In this document: in pieces, positions 1 through 8,822 of the stretch
Numbering within the stretch: the stretch's first letter is position 1
How the letters are laid out: each line of letters opens with the position of its first letter
From: an uncultured Clostridia bacterium
Lineage (GTDB): Bacteria; Bacillota; Clostridia; Christensenellales; CAG-917
DNA length: 64,000 nt
Direction of reading: 5' to 3'
NCBI GenBank assembly: GCA_947625225.1
Contig: CANQNQ010000005.1
Coordinates: 28,712 to 92,711 of the forward strand
The notes under the pieces: model-generated
The model's database searches: none
The model's input: the letters and a program-made list of their open reading frames with translations, nothing else
What the model was told of the DNA's origin: nothing
Position numbers and translations under genes: made by a program

Positions 1-1076
1 CTGTCATTACGCCCCTTGACGCAATATGAATATTTATTATCAAATGCATAAACTCTAAATCCATTATTTTGGTACAATTCGCTAATAAGCGGGGTGTTTT
101 TTATAATTAGCAAAAATTTTGCTTTAGTATTGTGCAAGCGCTGTGCCAATCTACGCTGGTCTTTTTCATCAAAAATTCTATTCTCATATTCTGAGAATTC
201 GCTATCATATGGCGGGTCAATGAAAATGAAATCATTTTCATTAGCCATATCTAAAATGCTTTCAAAATCCTCACAATACATATCGGTGTTTTTGAAATAT
301 TCTTGTGTATCTTTAGAAAATAATAAGTCTAATTTCTTTTTGAAATCTTTAGTATTATAACCTATTCCACCATATGGTATATTAAATTCGCCTGCTTTGT
401 TATATCTAAACATAGAGCCATAACAAAATTCTCTAACAAAATAAAAGATTGCTGACTTATATTCTTTTGTAGCATAATAAATATCGTGTTTTTTTTCAAT
501 GCGATTTAATAATCCCCTCAAAAACATATAGTATCCACTTGTAAACCCTGTAATAAAATTATCAGCCAGATCATTTTCAGATAGGTTACCATTTTTTAGT
601 TCGTTCATCCTTGTACGAAAAACTTTATCTTTAACCATTCTACATAATTCGCAGAACAGCATATCTTTATCTACTATCATGGATTTATTAGATACTGCTT
701 GGCAAACATACTCACAACTTTCAACAATTTCTTTTTCAAGAATATATCTGTATTCCGAATTTTGACGGTAAAATAAAAATTCTGGCAGTAATATTCCTGC
801 CTGTATTTTTGCTTCTGCTTTTAGCACCTCCCATTCATCATTAATACCATAAAGACAATCTTTGAATTTTATATCGTTTGCCTTAATATAGCGATAGAAT
901 TGCATAAGATTGTCTGAAATGTCATTAATAATAGAGATTTGTGGCTGCAAACTAAAAAACACAGCGCCACCGCCAAAAAATGGCTCGATATAACGCTGAT
1001 ACTCTCTAGGCATGTATCTTTTTATTATAAAGAATTCAGATGATTTGCCACCTGGCCATTTTATTAATGTTTGCAT
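1..1076 (-). CDS. DNA adenine methyltransferase, Dam/D12 class (N6-MTase); the C-terminal end runs off the left edge of the window
   Basis: Absent from the ORF track because there is no stop inside the window. Hand translation from ATG 1076-1074 gives an uninterrupted 358-codon frame. It reads MQTLIKWPGGKSSEFF..YIEPFFGGGAVFF (motif I FxGxG)..FRYNKAGEFNIPYGG..FIFIDPPYDSEF (motif IV DPPY)..KYSYCVKGRND-. An AAGGG tract lies 6 nt upstream of the ATG. The region is very AT-rich compared with the rest of the window. Confidence 0.85.
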   Translation of the reverse strand, partial: MQTLIKWPGGKSSEFFIIKRYMPREYQRYIEPFFGGGAVFFSLQPQISIINDISDNLMQFYRYIKANDIKFKDCLYGINDEWEVLKAEAKIQAGILLPEFLFYRQNSEYRYILEKEIVESCEYVCQAVSNKSMIVDKDMLFCELCRMVKDKVFRTRMNELKNGNLSENDLADNFITGFTSGYYMFLRGLLNRIEKKHDIYYATKEYKSAIFYFVREFCYGSMFRYNKAGEFNIPYGGIGYNTKDFKKKLDLLFSKDTQEYFKNTDMYCEDFESILDMANENDFIFIDPPYDSEFSEYENRIFDEKDQRRLAQRLHNTKAKFLLIIKNTPLISELYQNNGFRVYAFDNKYSYCVKGRND

Positions 1077-1130
1077 ACTATACCCTTATTCTTCACTTCT
1101 TATCACTGTCAATTGCCCATCTTCACATCT

Positions 1131-1178
1131 TATATAAAAATCCCAACCTAACGGTTCAGGGTTCAAGTTAGGTTGGGA
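1131..1178 (-). terminator. Intrinsic terminator downstream of tRNA-Leu
   Basis: A perfect 12-bp stem pairs TCCCAACCTAAC (1141-1152) with GTTAGGTTGGGA (1167-1178) around a 14-nt loop. On the minus strand it is followed by TTTTTATATA. Confidence 0.75.
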
Positions 1179-1179
1179 G

Positions 1180-1267
1180 TGGTGCCGGTGGTCGGACTCG
1201 AACCGACACGGATGATTAGTCCACAGGATTTTGAGTCCAGCGCGTCTGCCAATTTCACCACACCGGC
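1180..1267 (-). tRNA. tRNA-Leu (anticodon CAA), class II with long variable arm and encoded CCA
   Basis: The reverse complement reads GCCGGTGTGGTGAAATTGGCAGACGCGCTGGACTCAAAATCCTGTGGACTAATCATCCGTGTCGGTTCGAGTCCGACCACCGGCACCA. The acceptor stem is GCCGGTG/CACCGGC, the T arm is GTCGG-TTCGAGT-CCGAC, and the anticodon loop is CT-CAA-AA. There is one U-U mismatch in the anticodon stem. Confidence 0.9.
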
Positions 1268-1276
1268 ATATGCCAT

Positions 1277-1305
1277 ATTCTAACCGATTTTTGTACAAAT
1301 TGCAA
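1277..1305 (-). promoter_or_regulatory. Putative sigma-A type promoter for tRNA-Leu
   Basis: The minus strand reads TTGCAA (1305-1300), a 17-nt spacer, then TAGAAT (1282-1277). The tRNA 5' end follows 9 nt downstream. Confidence 0.55.
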
Positions 1306-1380
1306 GCATTTTGCAGGCACTTTCCTCTATTTTTCTGCAAAATGAAAAATATATGCCTTTCCGCCTCATCGTCTATAGTG

Positions 1381-2163
1381 TCAAGCGTTTGATTCATTAT
1401 TGTTGGCGTTCGTTATAGCGGCGACAAGGCGCAAAACATAGTACAATACCTTCAACGAAGAAATGATGATGTTGTTGATATATTGCACATTGTACAGTTT
1501 GAACAGTCCTTTTATGTCGGCGATCTCTTCCTCATTGGCAAGTTTCCCTTCAATAAGCAACTCGCAACAACGCTCCTGCGCCTTCTTTTCTGTCTTAAGT
1601 GTAACCGCGGCGGCGATCATTGCCAAAACGTAAAGCACCACGGACAGCGCCAACGTGACAAGCAACGCTATACCGCCCGTATTTGCCACGACAAAGTCGA
1701 TCACCACACCTATAATTATAAGAGGTATAAACGCAAACGGTCCGAACGTGACGAGCGGTACCAGCTTGTATCGCTTTTTCATATCAGGGTCGCCCTCTCT
1801 GTCCATAATGGCAAGCGCAGCCTTCTGCGATCCGATCGCAAGCGCCGTAATACTTGTACGGTTACGCGTCAGACGCCTTATACGCACACATTTGCCATAG
1901 CGGCCGTAACTGTTGCCAAAAAACATAGAACCTGTGGATTTGACCTTGATATCATTAAGCCCGTGGGAGTCAAGAAGTATTCTGGCAGCTTCGGCGCCGG
2001 TAAGTCCTGCAGAGTTATTTTTGTGATTATACTTGACATAAGATACAGACAGCACAATACCTACTATCACGGCGACGATGCCGACCAACACCAACAAAGC
2101 CGCAACTACCACGATGGCAATGCCGATCGTCGTATTCGCAAAAATCTCCATGGATTCGTCCAT
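1381..2163 (-). CDS. YugP-like membrane protein (Zn_peptidase_2 family) with the HExxH metal site apparently lost
   Basis: I moved the start from the ORF-track 2208 to ATG 2163, which is preceded by GGAGGAAAGGT. The protein has an N-terminal TM segment. GLTGAEAARILLDSHGL resembles the conserved YugP N-domain. Where the family has AAHEVGHAxQ, this protein reads AIGSQKAALAI. There are C-terminal TM helices. Confidence 0.7.
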   Translation of the reverse strand: MDESMEIFANTTIGIAIVVVAALLVLVGIVAVIVGIVLSVSYVKYNHKNNSAGLTGAEAARILLDSHGLNDIKVKSTGSMFFGNSYGRYGKCVRIRRLTRNRTSITALAIGSQKAALAIMDREGDPDMKKRYKLVPLVTFGPFAFIPLIIIGVVIDFVVANTGGIALLVTLALSVVLYVLAMIAAAVTLKTEKKAQERCCELLIEGKLANEEEIADIKGLFKLYNVQYINNIIISSLKVLYYVLRLVAAITNANNNESNA

Positions 2164-2465
2164 ACCTTTCCTCCATATACGGCAAACGCGATCGGTTTGC
2201 CAACGCATATATTATGCTACATGTATCATTCATAGTCAACAGAAATTTCAGGATATGTGCCGGATATATTCCATATTGAAAATATTTGCAATCGCTTATA
2301 TCTGCAGTTTATAGCGCGTAAATATGATGTTTAAGTACTAATATCGAAATTTGCACTTGCGTTTTTCACACTTCGCATAACAATCGACCCCATCCGATAA
2401 ACAAATGACCGTACATGCCAATGTCCGACGATTTATTTAACATCGCCATTCGCGCGCAAAACTTT

Positions 2466-3650
2466 CTATTGCCGAGGGACGTCAATGTTCCCTTTTGCCT
2501 TCCTTGCTGCACGGAACGTAAGTTCCATCATCGTTATCATCAAAGCTATAAAAATAAGAATGTATATCGGCATGATCTCAAAGCCGATAGCCTTGCCTAA
2601 CAGCCCGAAGAGCGGAGGCATAGCCGTAAAGCCCACATACGCGCTTGCCATTTGTATACCGATGATGGCGCCCGAATTTTCTACGCCGAAATTGCCGGGC
2701 GTAGAGTGGATTATGCAGGGATATATAGGCGCGCAGCCCAGCCCGATAACTACAAACGCAACTATTGCAAACGCATATGATCCAACGGGAATAAACAACA
2801 GGATAACGCCGCAAATCAAAATACAAGTGCCCAAAATTATCAATTTTCTGTCGCCGAGCTTTTCGCTGATAAACCCGCTTATAAATCTGCCGACCGTCAT
2901 GCCTATATAAAACAGCGACGCAAGATTTGCCGCTTGCTCCGCCGCGATATGTTTGACCTCGACAAAGTATGTACTTGCCCAATTCATAGTGACTGATTCC
3001 GCCGCGCAATAGGCAAAAAATCCGATGAGCAAAAACGGGACTCCTTTCATTTTGAGCGCGCCGACAAGTCCTATTTGGTTTTGCGATTTTCCCTCGTCGG
3101 GGTTTTTACCGCTCTTCCATATGGGCAACGATATCAGCAGGATCAAAGCGATCGCAAGCTGTATATATCCGACTACGCGGTAACCCTCGTGCCAATCCGA
3201 ATGAGTCAGAAAATATCCCATTATGAACGGGCTGATTATCGCGCCCAACCCCCAAAAACAATGCAGCCAACTCATATGTTTCGCCTTGAAGTGCAACGCG
3301 ACGTAATTGTTGAGCGCGGCGTCTATGGAACCTGCGCCGAGACCGTAAGGGATAGAAAACACTATCAGCATCCGGAATTTATCGGAAAATGAAAAGCCTA
3401 TAAGTCCCGCCACGGTGAGGAATACGCTTATCACTGTAACGAAGCGAGTACCCAGCTTCTTGGATAGCGTATTCGAAAACAAGCTGGCAATTATTGTGCC
3501 CAGTGAGATAGTCATGGAGACCAATCCCATGTGGGAGATCGGAACGCTCAAATCGACGTGCATGACCGGCCATGCCGCGCCCAAAAGCGAATCGGGAACG
3601 CCAAGGCTGAAAAATGCCAAATAGATAACAGCAAGCAACAATCCGTACAT
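2466..3650 (-). CDS. MFS transporter
   Basis: 394 aa with a hydrophobic profile of roughly 12 TM segments. The loop 2-3 sequence NTLSKKLGTRF resembles MFS motif A. The ATG at 3650 has a GGGGA tract upstream. Confidence 0.85.
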   Translation of the reverse strand: MYGLLLAVIYLAFFSLGVPDSLLGAAWPVMHVDLSVPISHMGLVSMTISLGTIIASLFSNTLSKKLGTRFVTVISVFLTVAGLIGFSFSDKFRMLIVFSIPYGLGAGSIDAALNNYVALHFKAKHMSWLHCFWGLGAIISPFIMGYFLTHSDWHEGYRVVGYIQLAIALILLISLPIWKSGKNPDEGKSQNQIGLVGALKMKGVPFLLIGFFAYCAAESVTMNWASTYFVEVKHIAAEQAANLASLFYIGMTVGRFISGFISEKLGDRKLIILGTCILICGVILLFIPVGSYAFAIVAFVVIGLGCAPIYPCIIHSTPGNFGVENSGAIIGIQMASAYVGFTAMPPLFGLLGKAIGFEIMPIYILIFIALMITMMELTFRAARKAKGNIDVPRQ

Positions 3651-3760
3651 TCTATATCCCCGTTATAACGCTCCCATATGTTTTGACGAGCGTCTGCTCG
3701 ATAATTTGATTATACAACGTTTTCAATATTTGTCGACGGATTTTTAATTTTATATGGCAC

Positions 3761-3792
3761 AAAAAAATACAGCCGCTCGGACTGTATATTTT
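3761..3792 (-). terminator. Intrinsic terminator after smpB
   Basis: Hairpin ATACAG..CTGTAT at 3767-3787. A plus-strand A-run at 3761-3767 gives a U-tract on the minus strand. Confidence 0.6.
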
Positions 3793-3809
3793 GATATCTT
3801 TTATATCAT

Positions 3810-4274
3810 CTAACGCGTGTTGAACTCCTTCATAACGCGCTGAAGGTTGCGGGCGTTTTCCTTTTCGCGGATGGCGTCGCGCTTGTCGTGCAATTCCTTG
3901 CCCTTGCACAGCCCCACTTCCACCTTGACCAGCGCGCCCTTGAAGTAGATCTTGAGCGGCACCAGCGTATAGCCCTTCTGCTCCACTCTGCCGCGCAGGC
4001 GGTTTATCTCGGAGCGGTTGAGCAGCAGTTTGCGCGTGCGGCGCGGATCCACGTTGTAATAGCTACCCATCTTGTACGGAGAAATATGCGCGCCAACCAT
4101 AAACGCCTCGCCGTTTTTGATCATGACAAAGCTGTCGCGGAGGTTTACCGCTCCGAGACGGATAGATTTGACCTCGCATCCGACGAGTACTATGCCCGCC
4201 TCGTAGGTGTCCTCCACAAAATAGTCATGATACGCTTTTTTGTTGGTGGCGACGATTTTTTCCATAGCTACCAT
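3810..4274 (-). CDS. smpB: SsrA-binding protein SmpB
   Basis: Matches typical SmpB sequence: ATNKKAYHDYFVEDTYEAGIVLVGCEVKSIR..RTRKLLLNRSEINRL..GYTLVPLKIYF. The start is ATG 4274 or ATG 4265. There is no SD, and TATAAT lies 5 nt upstream of 4274. Confidence 0.95.
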   Translation of the reverse strand: MVAMEKIVATNKKAYHDYFVEDTYEAGIVLVGCEVKSIRLGAVNLRDSFVMIKNGEAFMVGAHISPYKMGSYYNVDPRRTRKLLLNRSEINRLRGRVEQKGYTLVPLKIYFKGALVKVEVGLCKGKELHDKRDAIREKENARNLQRVMKEFNTR

Positions 4275-4354
4275 ATTATATTATAAAAACGGCGCAATGC
4301 ACAAGCGATTTTTTTGTTGAAAGCGCCACGGCATTTTCCCGCTCAAAATTTGTC

Positions 4355-4383
4355 AAATTAAAAGGCGACCGCGCAGGTCGCCG
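4355..4383 (-). terminator. Intrinsic terminator after secG
   Basis: The stem pairs GGCGACC (4364-4370) with GGTCGCC (4376-4382). The minus strand continues TTTTAATTT. Confidence 0.7.
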
Positions 4384-4402
4384 GGATAGACTTTTTGAAG
4401 CG

Positions 4403-4705
4403 TCACTCGAGTATACCGATGACGAAGCAGATGATGGCGCACACAATTATAAACGCAAACAACGCGAAAGTGACCTTTTTGAGGACGCCCTCCTTGTTGC
4501 GCTCCTTGTTTTTGCCATAATAGGTGTCCGAAGCGCCCGAAATGACGCCGACGTTGTCGTTGGTGCCCTTCTGCATCATGATGACCACTATTATGGCGAT
4601 CGCGGCCAAAGTCATAAGAATGCCAAATGCAATGAGGACTGCTTCTCTGACCGAGTCGTCTATGCCGAATCTGCCTGCGGCAAGCGTAAGAAAACTGTTG
4701 AACAT
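4403..4705 (-). CDS. secG: Preprotein translocase subunit SecG
   Basis: Small two-TM protein reading MFNSFLTLAAGRFGIDDSV..VVIMMQKGTNDNVGVISGASDTYYGKNK. I moved the start to ATG 4705, which has GGAGG 6 nt upstream. Confidence 0.85.
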   Translation of the reverse strand: MFNSFLTLAAGRFGIDDSVREAVLIAFGILMTLAAIAIIVVIMMQKGTNDNVGVISGASDTYYGKNKERNKEGVLKKVTFALFAFIIVCAIICFVIGILE

Positions 4706-4891
4706 AAGTACCTCCAATCGTACTTAGTGATTTTAGCATAAGAATAAGTGTTTTGCAAGCGATTTTATCAATAAAATGTTCAATATATATTTCTATTCGC
4801 CCTGTCCTCGTCACAAAGCGCCTCTCCCGCGCCGAAAAATGTAACGCTCGCGCCATAAAGCGCATACACTGAAACAAAAAAGAGAGGTAAC

Positions 4892-5377
4892 ATGGACAGC
4901 ACATTCAAATTTGCAAGCGAATTGCCCTATCCTGAAATAGAAGTCGAGCCCTGCCTTGCGCAGGCGAAGTTGCTTATGCCAAGCTACGCGGGGATGCACG
5001 GCGAGCTGACCGCCATACTTACATACGCGTTTCAAAGCTACGCCCAGTTGCGCCGCCCCCAACTCAGCGACGCGCTGATGGGCGTTGCGCGCTGCGAGAT
5101 GAAACATCACGACCTGCTTGGCCGCGCCATAGTCAAGCTGGGCGGCTATCCCATCATGGGCGCACGCTCCTACTGGAACGGCAGCATGGCAAACTACACC
5201 CTGGACCCTCGCAAATTTCTTGAGCAAAACATTGTCGCCGAGGAGTCCGCGATAGCCAACTACGAGCGCACGATACTAAACCTCAACAGCGAAAGCGTAA
5301 AGATGCTGCTGGAGCGCATAATACTTGACGAGGAACTGCATATAAAAGTTTTCGAACAACTCAAAGCGGATTTATAA
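4892..5377 (+). CDS. Ferritin-like di-iron carboxylate protein (CotJC / Mn-catalase-like fold)
   Basis: 161 aa. The paired E..ExxH-type motifs (GELTAI, CEMKHH, AEESAIANY, DEELH) are typical of the ferritin-like superfamily. An AGAGAGG SD is present. Confidence 0.6.
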   Translation: MDSTFKFASELPYPEIEVEPCLAQAKLLMPSYAGMHGELTAILTYAFQSYAQLRRPQLSDALMGVARCEMKHHDLLGRAIVKLGGYPIMGARSYWNGSMANYTLDPRKFLEQNIVAEESAIANYERTILNLNSESVKMLLERIILDEELHIKVFEQLKADL

Positions 5378-5428
5378 GATTACAGAAATCGCTGTTTAAC
5401 TTCGCAAAATGTATATATAAAGCGCCTG

Positions 5429-5911
5429 TTATGACTTTTTGAGGTCGGCGGCGCTTTTTTGTTGCAAACACTTTTGCTTGCGCGCAAGGTATTCCGTCAA
5501 TTTGTCAAGCATGCCGTCAAATTGCGCATAGACCTCGTCGTAAACCTGCTGTCCACGCCCGTACGGGTCGGCAACGTCCTGCCCGGCTATCCTCTTCAGC
5601 GGCACGATTTTTTTGTTCTTGCCGTACAGAGAGGCAAGCTGCGCGGCGTGCTCCTCCGTGACGGTAAATATGACGTCCGCGCCCTCAAACAGCTCCCTGT
5701 CGCAAAATTTGGAGAAGTATCTGCCGTGCACTATCCCGTGTGCGGTCAACACGGCGTCCGTGTACGGCGAAAGGGGTTTGAAGTGATCCATGGTGCCCGC
5801 GCTGTCCACGTCAATGCCGCTTATGCCCTTTTGCGAGAGGCGACGGCGGAGCATATACATCAACATGGGACTGCGGCAGGTGTTGCCGGTGCAGACAATA
5901 AGCGCCTTCAT
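5429..5911 (-). CDS. Low-molecular-weight protein phosphatase (LMW-PTP / arginine phosphatase YwlE-like)
   Basis: P-loop CTGNTCRS (C-X5-R-S) at the N-terminus and a DPYG D-loop. The start overlaps the tsaC stop in a 4-nt ATGA. Placement downstream of the ywlC homologue matches B. subtilis ywlC-ywlE. Confidence 0.9.
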   Translation of the reverse strand: MKALIVCTGNTCRSPMLMYMLRRRLSQKGISGIDVDSAGTMDHFKPLSPYTDAVLTAHGIVHGRYFSKFCDRELFEGADVIFTVTEEHAAQLASLYGKNKKIVPLKRIAGQDVADPYGRGQQVYDEVYAQFDGMLDKLTEYLARKQKCLQQKSAADLKKS

Positions 5912-6906
5912 ACGCGTTTGCCTCCCGCCGCCTTGTCCACCCTGTTCATGACGGAGGCTTCGAGTCCTTCGCCGTCCAGGCGTTCCACGATTATATGGTC
6001 GTACCCGCGCTCCGCGGTGTGCAGCGCGGCGTAGATGTTACGCGCAAAGTCCTCAGCGGTCACGCCAAGGGATATCAGCTGTCTATCCCCCATGACGTCG
6101 CGATATATGTCCCTGTACACCAGCACGGGACGCTTGCCCTCGCCCAGCGCTCTGTCGTACTCGGCGACGGCGCTTTCTATCGAATTTGCCTCCACCGTAT
6201 ACGCGTCGGGCGCGTAGTGGGTGTACTTCATTCCGGGAGCTTTGGCTACCCCTATCACTTTGCCGCAGCTGCTTACCTCGCCAAGCACGTCCGCAAGCAT
6301 CTCGGCGGTGACGGCGCCGGGTCTGAGTATGGTGGGGATAGCGGAAGTGAGGTCCAGCACGGTGCTTTCTATGCCCACTCTGCACTGCCCGCCGTCCAGA
6401 ATAAGCGGCACGCGTCCGCGCAGATCCTCGTATACGTGTTGCGCAGTGGTGGGCGAGATGTGCTTGGAGCGATTTGCGGACGGAGCCGCCAGCGGATAGC
6501 TACGCGCGATAAGCGTGCGCGCGATGTCGTTGTCGGGCATACGCACGCCAACCGTTTCGCCGCCCGCGGTGACTACGTACGGTATATTTTTGCCTTTTTT
6601 GAGAATGATCGTGAGCGGGCCGGGCATAAACTTGTCCGCCAACGCATAGAACGCATCGGGTATGTCCTCCGCGACGTCCTCAGCCTGCGCTATGTTTGCG
6701 ATGTGGACTATGAGAGGATTGTCCTGCGGCCTGCCCTTTGCGACAAAAATGCGCTTTACCGCCTCCTCATCGAAGGCGTTTGCGCCAAGCCCATACACCG
6801 TTTCGGTAGGAAAAACCACGAGCTCACCGTTTCCGATGAGCTCGACTGCCTTGTCCATTGCGCTTTGCGCGCTTAAAATTTGGGTGTCATATCCTTCGTG
6901 CGTCAT
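5908..6906 (-). CDS. tsaC: L-threonylcarbamoyladenylate synthase (Sua5/YwlC/TsaC, long form)
   Basis: Contains FPTETVYGLGANA..KGRPQDNPLIVH..APSANRS motifs and a Sua5 C-terminal domain. 332 aa. Confidence 0.92.
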   Translation of the reverse strand: MTHEGYDTQILSAQSAMDKAVELIGNGELVVFPTETVYGLGANAFDEEAVKRIFVAKGRPQDNPLIVHIANIAQAEDVAEDIPDAFYALADKFMPGPLTIILKKGKNIPYVVTAGGETVGVRMPDNDIARTLIARSYPLAAPSANRSKHISPTTAQHVYEDLRGRVPLILDGGQCRVGIESTVLDLTSAIPTILRPGAVTAEMLADVLGEVSSCGKVIGVAKAPGMKYTHYAPDAYTVEANSIESAVAEYDRALGEGKRPVLVYRDIYRDVMGDRQLISLGVTAEDFARNIYAALHTAERGYDHIIVERLDGEGLEASVMNRVDKAAGGKRV

Positions 6907-6917
6907 ACGCTTTGAAA

Positions 6918-8822
6918 TTACACCAGCCTGTAGACTATCCAGGTCGTATTGGCGTCCGCACCCAGCTTTTCAAACACGAACACGTCCCTAGGCGAGGAGT
7001 TGGGCGCGTACAGCATGCTGCCTTCCTTCATTTTCGCCTCCATGATGATGTTGTAACGCGTGTCGGGATTGAAGTTTTTGACGCCGAACAGATAGTGCCC
7101 TTCGCCATTCGGCACTCTGTACATGTAGCAGCCCACTTTGTAAATGTATTTTTGGTCGGTGTTGGTCGCCATATCCGCAAGGGGCTGACTGCCGTCGGAC
7201 ATAGCCGTCACCTCGCGCCCGTCGCTGCCCACAATGCAGTACTTGGTGCGCCTGTTTTCCTCGTCATAGCGCGTTGCGAGCGTGTAGTTGCCCCTGAACG
7301 CGTTGAGCGCGGTGTACTTGAAGTCTATCAATTTGTTGCCGTGCACGTCGAATGCGCCGTACAGCAACGAATTGCCCGACGTGTCGTTGACGTCCGTTAT
7401 GGTCGCCACCAAAATGCCGTTGCTCAGCTCCTGATTGACGATCTGCGTGGTGAACGCGCTGTTGGATCCGACCTTTTTGTCCCCTTGATATATCGCCACT
7501 TCGCTGGGATAGTACGGCACATAGGTGTAGCCGTCCATGTTGAACAGTATCATGTCAAAGTGACCCACCTTGGTGCGCTTTTCGTCAAGCGTGATGCCGT
7601 AGTTGCCCGTCAGTGACATGACGATATTGAGGTTTTCATCAAGTATAAACTGGTCGTAAAGTCCCACTTTGTCCACAATGGTCAGTCCGTACGCCGCGTA
7701 GGTGTACCCGTCCTTAAGGTATGCGGTGGTGTCAAGTCCGGAGATGTTGCCGCCGTCGTAGTAGTTGTTGGACATCTGCATAAACAGCTTGTTGGAATTT
7801 GCCGTATAGTTGCTCACCTTGTCGTTGTCGGGGGTGTAAATGCGGCGCTGTACCACGTAGTAACTGCTGCCGTCGGTGTAGGTGTAGTCGTCGGACTTCT
7901 GCACCGTCCAATCCTCCGAGATGTAGAACTTGCCCTTGCCCACGTATGTTATCTCGCTCTTATAGTTGCTCTTGCCGTTGGTAGCCACTACAAAGCTGTT
8001 GCCGTCGTTGCCGGTGAAGTTGCGCACGGTATCCGCGCTGTCGGGGATGCGGTACATGCCCACGCCGTCGCTGTTGCCGCTGACGCACACGTACTTGCCC
8101 TCGAAGCCCTTCACGTAGGACATATTGCCCGCCTTGTTTGCCACCCTGCACACCAGCTTGCCGCAATCGGAAAGATTTGCGGAGTTGTAGTATGGGCGAT
8201 AAATGGAGGTATACCCGCTCAATCCGTTCACGTCATAATTGCTGTGCACGGCTATAAGTCCGTCGCAAAGTATTGCCATAAAGTTGTTTATGGCGGTGGA
8301 AGTGGTGTTGGATATCTTGCTGCTTGAAAGCACCGTCCTGCCGCTATAGTCAAACACGCCCGCGCTGCCGTCGTTGAACTTGCACGCGATCAGACCGTGA
8401 TTTACGCGAAGCGCAATGATGCCCAGCGATTCGGGAAACATCATGCCCGGCTCGCCGTCCTCAAAAAACACTTTGTCGCTGCCGCACAGGCGTATGGACA
8501 AAGTGGAACCGGACGGAGGAGTCTTTGCGCCGTTTGCGTTGCGCACTATGACAAATGCGTCAAGATCCTTTATGTAGCCGCCGTCGCTGCTGTATGTGCT
8601 GGAACCGGTGGGCGCGGAGGTGTAGACCTGCCAACCCGCAGGCAGCATAAATTCCTCCTTGGCGGTGGTCAACTCCGCGGGACTGCTGTCCGACTTGAAG
8701 ATGTCGTCTACGGTTTTGGGCTTGTCCTTGTTGCATGCGACAAACATCAACAGCGCGCCTAAAACTGTTGCCAGCACGGCGGCGATTGCGACACATCTCA
8801 AAATTGTACGAGTGTTTTTCAT
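6918..8822 (-). CDS. Large putative lipoprotein with WG-like beta-repeat modules (function unknown)
   Basis: Signal peptide with lipobox LMFVAC. Repeated segments resemble WG/KWG repeats, for example LLYGAFDVHGNKLIDFKYTALNAFRGNYTLAT. The start overlaps the recO stop in an ATGA. Confidence 0.8.
   Translation of the reverse strand: MKNTRTILRCVAIAAVLATVLGALLMFVACNKDKPKTVDDIFKSDSSPAELTTAKEEFMLPAGWQVYTSAPTGSSTYSSDGGYIKDLDAFVIVRNANGAKTPPSGSTLSIRLCGSDKVFFEDGEPGMMFPESLGIIALRVNHGLIACKFNDGSAGVFDYSGRTVLSSSKISNTTSTAINNFMAILCDGLIAVHSNYDVNGLSGYTSIYRPYYNSANLSDCGKLVCRVANKAGNMSYVKGFEGKYVCVSGNSDGVGMYRIPDSADTVRNFTGNDGNSFVVATNGKSNYKSEITYVGKGKFYISEDWTVQKSDDYTYTDGSSYYVVQRRIYTPDNDKVSNYTANSNKLFMQMSNNYYDGGNISGLDTTAYLKDGYTYAAYGLTIVDKVGLYDQFILDENLNIVMSLTGNYGITLDEKRTKVGHFDMILFNMDGYTYVPYYPSEVAIYQGDKKVGSNSAFTTQIVNQELSNGILVATITDVNDTSGNSLLYGAFDVHGNKLIDFKYTALNAFRGNYTLATRYDEENRRTKYCIVGSDGREVTAMSDGSQPLADMATNTDQKYIYKVGCYMYRVPNGEGHYLFGVKNFNPDTRYNIIMEAKMKEGSMLYAPNSSPRDVFVFEKLGADANTTWIVYRLV

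Noticed and set aside
94-360. 88-aa ORF on the plus strand at the left edge
   Set aside because: It is antisense to the Dam-class methyltransferase frame, which is open for 358 codons with canonical motifs. It is an AT-rich low-complexity translation.
1086-1397. 103-aa ORF on the minus strand
   Set aside because: It reads straight through the tRNA-Leu gene, its terminator and its promoter. It is not a protein gene.
3651-3809. I looked for tmRNA (ssrA) next to smpB
   Set aside because: The flank contains only a terminator and the MFS promoter and leader. There is no tRNA-like acceptor/T-arm sequence, so ssrA must be elsewhere.
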